From the IMG/VR virus record IMGVR_UViG_3300042879_000407, positions 1-57,173 of that record: a stretch of 57,173 bases of DNA; one strand, written 5' to 3'. The translations under genes were made by a program, and so were the position numbers. Below the pieces are notes generated by a model that did no database searches, was not told the DNA's origin, and was given only the letters and a program-made list of their open reading frames with translations. The DNA comes from a virus. Its lineage: Duplodnaviria; Caudoviricetes. Shown piece after piece: positions 53,603 to 57,173 of the stretch. Positions within the stretch are counted from its first letter, which is position 1, and the number at the start of each line of letters is the position of its first letter.

Positions 53603-55666
53603 ATGGCCGGTCTCACGTTTCTTCGCGTAGTCAATAACTCCGATCTTGCCAAGCAAGAGCAACTTGCTGCCGATAAGGCATTGGAGGCTAGGCAGAATCA
53701 GCCTGTAATTTTAGGGCTGGTTGGCTATCTGCGTGAGTGTTGGGATGCGGCCAAGATGGCCAAAAAGCCCATCGAAAATGAAATGCTCCGTGCGCTACGC
53801 CAAAGAAATGGCGAGTACGAGAACGACAAACTGGCGGCGATTAGGGCACAGGGTGGGTCTGAGATCTACATGATGATCACAGAGGTGAAGTGTCGCGCCG
53901 CCGAAAGTTGGCTTAGAGACATTTTGCTGGACAATGGCACCCCTCCTTGGGATCTCCAAGCCACTCCGATTCCGGATTTGTCCCCCGCCCAGTCCCGCGA
54001 GATTCAGGCTGAGTTTGCCGAGAAAGTGCTTCGAATCATCGAGGAAGGTGGACAGGCTCCCAACCGCGAAGAGATGTCGCAACTGAAAGAGACCGTCTCG
54101 CAGGACTACCGATTCCGTGTACTGCAAGGTGCGCAGCAGCGTGCCGATCGCATGAAGGTGAAGATCCAAGACCAGTTTGCGCAAGGCGGCTGGGAGAAAG
54201 CCTTCAATGATTTTATAACGGATGTCGTTACATTCCCGGCTGCGTTTGTCAAAGGCCCGATTGTACGTAGACAGCGTACTATTGGGTGGAAGACGCTCCC
54301 CAGTGGTCAGACAATTGTTGAGCCAATTGAGCGTCTTGGCCCGGAGTATGAGCGTGTCGATCCATTCCGGATCTTCCCCGAGCCGGGCATCGAAGATTTC
54401 AACGAAGGCTACATTTTTCAGCATCATCCGCTTACCCGCATGGACTTGTCCGATCTGATCGGCGTGCCGGGGTACGACGAAGATGCTATTCGCAAAGTGC
54501 TTGAGATCGGCAACGGCCAGTCTTGGATCAACGAAGATGTTGAATTGATCAAGGACGAGGAAGAGCGCAAGTATTACTCGTACATGCGGCCGACTGAAGT
54601 GTTCGATGCTCTGGAATTCTGGGGCAAAGTCAGTGGAAAGATGCTCATTGAGTGGGGCGTCTCTGAAGAAGAAGTACCCGACCAAGCGCGTGAATACGAC
54701 GCAAACGTGTGGGTAGTGGGTAACTACGTAATCAAGGCGGTACTTAACTATGACCCTCTCGGTGAAAAGCCGTACTCCAAAACCTCGTTCATCAAATGCC
54801 CCGGCGCGTTCTGGGGCAAAGGCATCCCCAAGATCCTCGAAGACCTCCAAAGTGTCTGCAACGCCGCCGCCAGAGCACTGGTCAACAACATGGGCATATC
54901 GTCTGGCCCGCAGGTGGAAGTTAATCTTGAGCGTATTCCACCGAATGAAGACATCACTCAACTCGCACCTTGGAAGATCTGGCAAGTAACCAATGACCCC
55001 ATGGGGTCTAGCGCACCTGCGGTGCGGTTCACTCAGCCTGATTCCCGTGCGTCTGAGTTGATGGCTGTGTATGAGAAATTCAGCCGGTTGGCTGATGATC
55101 ATTCCGGCATCCCCGGATATGTCTATGGTGACCTCGATGTGCAGGGGGCTGGGCGTACTTCGTCGGGCCTTTCGATGCTCATGGGTGCCGCTGGTAAGGG
55201 GATTAGGCAGGTTGTGATGCACGTCGATATGGACGTTGTTAAGCCGATCGTTACCCGTCAGTTCATCTACAACATGCGCTATGACGAGGACGAGAGCATT
55301 AAGGGCGACGTTGAGGTTGTGGCTAGAGGTGCTGTGAACCTCGCGGTGAAAGAGACCGTCAACCTCCGCCGGATTGAATTCCTCAATGCTACGGCTAATC
55401 CGATTGACGTTGAGATCATTGGCCGCGATGGACGCGCTGCAATCCTCCGGGAGATCGCTAAGGGGCTGCAGATGCCCGTCGATGAGATCATCCCCTCCCG
55501 CGAGAAGGCGTCCTATAACGGCCGTATGGAAGCCAAGGCCATGGCTCTTGCTGCCCAGCAGCAACCGCAGCAGCCCGAAGGTGGAACGCCTACAGCCCCT
55601 GATGGGTCTCCCAAAGGCGGCGTAGAGGCTACTACTGTCCGTGGCCCCAGTGGGAGGGCGGCGTGA
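53603..55666 (+). CDS. Portal protein
   Basis: 687 aa between terL and scaffold; VDPFRIFP, FWGKGI, RTSSGLSMLM. Confidence 0.9.
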   Translation: MAGLTFLRVVNNSDLAKQEQLAADKALEARQNQPVILGLVGYLRECWDAAKMAKKPIENEMLRALRQRNGEYENDKLAAIRAQGGSEIYMMITEVKCRAAESWLRDILLDNGTPPWDLQATPIPDLSPAQSREIQAEFAEKVLRIIEEGGQAPNREEMSQLKETVSQDYRFRVLQGAQQRADRMKVKIQDQFAQGGWEKAFNDFITDVVTFPAAFVKGPIVRRQRTIGWKTLPSGQTIVEPIERLGPEYERVDPFRIFPEPGIEDFNEGYIFQHHPLTRMDLSDLIGVPGYDEDAIRKVLEIGNGQSWINEDVELIKDEEERKYYSYMRPTEVFDALEFWGKVSGKMLIEWGVSEEEVPDQAREYDANVWVVGNYVIKAVLNYDPLGEKPYSKTSFIKCPGAFWGKGIPKILEDLQSVCNAAARALVNNMGISSGPQVEVNLERIPPNEDITQLAPWKIWQVTNDPMGSSAPAVRFTQPDSRASELMAVYEKFSRLADDHSGIPGYVYGDLDVQGAGRTSSGLSMLMGAAGKGIRQVVMHVDMDVVKPIVTRQFIYNMRYDEDESIKGDVEVVARGAVNLAVKETVNLRRIEFLNATANPIDVEIIGRDGRAAILREIAKGLQMPVDEIIPSREKASYNGRMEAKAMALAAQQQPQQPEGGTPTAPDGSPKGGVEATTVRGPSGRAA

Positions 55667-55890
55667 TCCGACCGGATGACAAAACTGTCAAGTCTATGGC
55701 ACTTGCAATTAGACAATATCCGGAGATACTTTCGTTTCTGAATGCTTGGCGCATTCACGAACTGGAGAATCTTCCCAGTGCGATTAACAACGCGGCAGTC
55801 TCGCAGGGGCGCTGCCAAGTGTTGGGTGAACTGTATAAGTTCGCCAAAGATGCCCCTGAAATAGCGGCAAAGATTAAACTCGCCGTCTAA
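55663..55890 (+). CDS. Small post-portal protein
   Basis: QGRCQVL motif; overlaps the portal stop. Confidence 0.65.
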   Translation: MIRPDDKTVKSMALAIRQYPEILSFLNAWRIHELENLPSAINNAAVSQGRCQVLGELYKFAKDAPEIAAKIKLAV

Positions 55891-55917
55891 TAACGCACAC
55901 CGAAGAGGAGCGTACAC

Positions 55918-56958
55918 ATGGCACTTCCAGAGCAAATTCGTAAACAGTCCGAGGCTGTACAGGAACTTTACAAGCAACTCAATGACGCTGCTGAGGGAGC
56001 AGGCAAAGACCAATCTGCCGATGAATCCTCCGCGCCAGAAGAGAGTGCAAGTCTCCCTGTTGCCGCCGACGTGCCCGCTGATACGAAACCTGCTGCTCCT
56101 TCACCAGTAGTTGAGCAGAAAACTGGTGATGAAAAAGCGCCGGAAGATGTGGTCTTGCAGAAATACAAGACGCTTCAAGGTATGTACAACGCTGAGGTTC
56201 CCCGGCTGCACGCGCAGAATCGGGAAATGCAGCAGCGACTCCAACAGATGGAACAGTTGTTGGCGTCAATTTCAGCACAGCAGGCTGCTACCGCTGCGTC
56301 CCCGGTACAGGTTGAGAAACTTGTTACGGATAAGGACGTGGAAGAGTACGGCGATTCGCTGGAGGTTATGCGTAAGGTATCGCGCGAAGAACTTGGTTCT
56401 GTTGCGCAGCGTATGGCCCAGTTGGAAAAGACGATTTCACAACTGCAGTCGAACGTGGTTCCGCAGATTCAGGCTGTAGCGCAAAAGCAAGCCGTCTCCG
56501 CAGAGCAGCAGTTCTGGGCTGATCTGTCTGCAGCCGTCCCGAATTGGCGGGATGTCAACGATAATCAGGACTTTCAGTCTTGGTTGTTGGAAGTGGATCC
56601 GCTGACAAACATCAGTCGTCAGACCTATCTTGAGGATGCACAGCGCGGGCTTGATGCTCGTCGCGTTGCAAATTTCTTCCGCGCTTGGCTTGATAAAACT
56701 GGACAAGTCACTGTTGCTCAGAACACTGGTCGTGTTTCTGTTTCTTCAGAGTTGGAAAAACAGGTTACCCCCGGACGTTCAAAGAACTCCGGAACCCCGT
56801 CAACCAGCAAGGCGCGAGTATATACTCCAGCGGACATTCAGAAGTTTTTCGCGGATGTTCGTCAGGGTAAGTACAAGGGCCGAGAGCAGGAACGAGACCG
56901 TCTTGAACGCGATATCTTCGCTGCACAGCGAGAGAATCGAATCCAACTTAATGCGTAA
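55918..56958 (+). CDS. Scaffolding protein
   Basis: Acidic disordered N-terminus, KYKTLQG coiled coil, precedes the MCP. Confidence 0.8.
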   Translation: MALPEQIRKQSEAVQELYKQLNDAAEGAGKDQSADESSAPEESASLPVAADVPADTKPAAPSPVVEQKTGDEKAPEDVVLQKYKTLQGMYNAEVPRLHAQNREMQQRLQQMEQLLASISAQQAATAASPVQVEKLVTDKDVEEYGDSLEVMRKVSREELGSVAQRMAQLEKTISQLQSNVVPQIQAVAQKQAVSAEQQFWADLSAAVPNWRDVNDNQDFQSWLLEVDPLTNISRQTYLEDAQRGLDARRVANFFRAWLDKTGQVTVAQNTGRVSVSSELEKQVTPGRSKNSGTPSTSKARVYTPADIQKFFADVRQGKYKGREQERDRLERDIFAAQRENRIQLNA

Positions 56959-56974
56959 TTAGAGGAGTTTTGTT

Positions 56975-57173
56975 ATGTCTTATCCTGTTTCGCCGGGCCG
57001 CCCGAATTACAGCGGCAACTTTATCCCCGAACTCTGGTCGGGCAAACTGATCGAGAACTTCTACGATGCTACGGTTCTCGCGGCTATCTCCAACACGGAC
57101 TACGAGGGCGAGATTCGCCAGTATGGTGACACGGTTAACATCCGCACCACGCCGGAAATCACGATCCGCGACT
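56975..57173 (+). CDS. Major capsid protein, 5' part
   Basis: SD AGAGGAG, ATG at 56975, continues through the overlap into 1..842. Confidence 0.9.
   Translation, partial: MSYPVSPGRPNYSGNFIPELWSGKLIENFYDATVLAAISNTDYEGEIRQYGDTVNIRTTPEITIRD
57057..57173. repeat. Terminal overlap identical to 1-117
   Basis: Exact match. Confidence 0.97.

Noticed and set aside
53795-55564. 589-aa antisense ORF
   Set aside because: Shadow of the portal gene
57057-57173. 117-bp end repeat as a biological direct terminal repeat
   Set aside because: It falls mid-capsid gene, which is typical of an assembler overlap on a circular contig

Overview
The window is an apparently complete, circularly permuted genome of a tailed dsDNA phage with podovirus-like architecture. 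Its unique length is 57,056 bp, because bases 57057-57173 repeat bases 1-117 and the break falls inside the major capsid gene. The plus strand (about 50.4 kb, wrapping to 30.9 kb) carries the late genes: HNH, terminase, portal, scaffold, capsid, decoration and basic microproteins, tail adaptors, several receptor-binding proteins, a lysis cassette, the nozzle, ejection proteins and a 1888-aa polyvalent protein. The minus strand (50.1 to 30.9 kb) carries early and replication genes: two paralogous first genes, an AAA-ATPase/vWA-metallopeptidase module, a family A DNA polymerase, PD-(D/E)xK and VRR-NUC nucleases, an SNF2 helicase and a primase-helicase. I found no integrase, CI-type repressor, RNA polymerase, tRNA or CRISPR array. 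Six features stand out: (1) a TonB-box-like peptide in an ejection protein; (2) six QxxLF-type sliding-clamp motifs in another ejection protein; (3) a stand-alone ~65-nt sRNA with its own promoter and terminator, complementary to RBS/start regions of early genes; (4) a near-consensus LexA box centred in an origin-like palindrome; (5) three hairpins with an identical AGG-TAACC-CCT head but different stems; (6) a 3.1-kb cassette bounded by a 9-bp repeat that splits what may be one giant ejection protein. All family calls come from motif recognition by eye, not from database searches.
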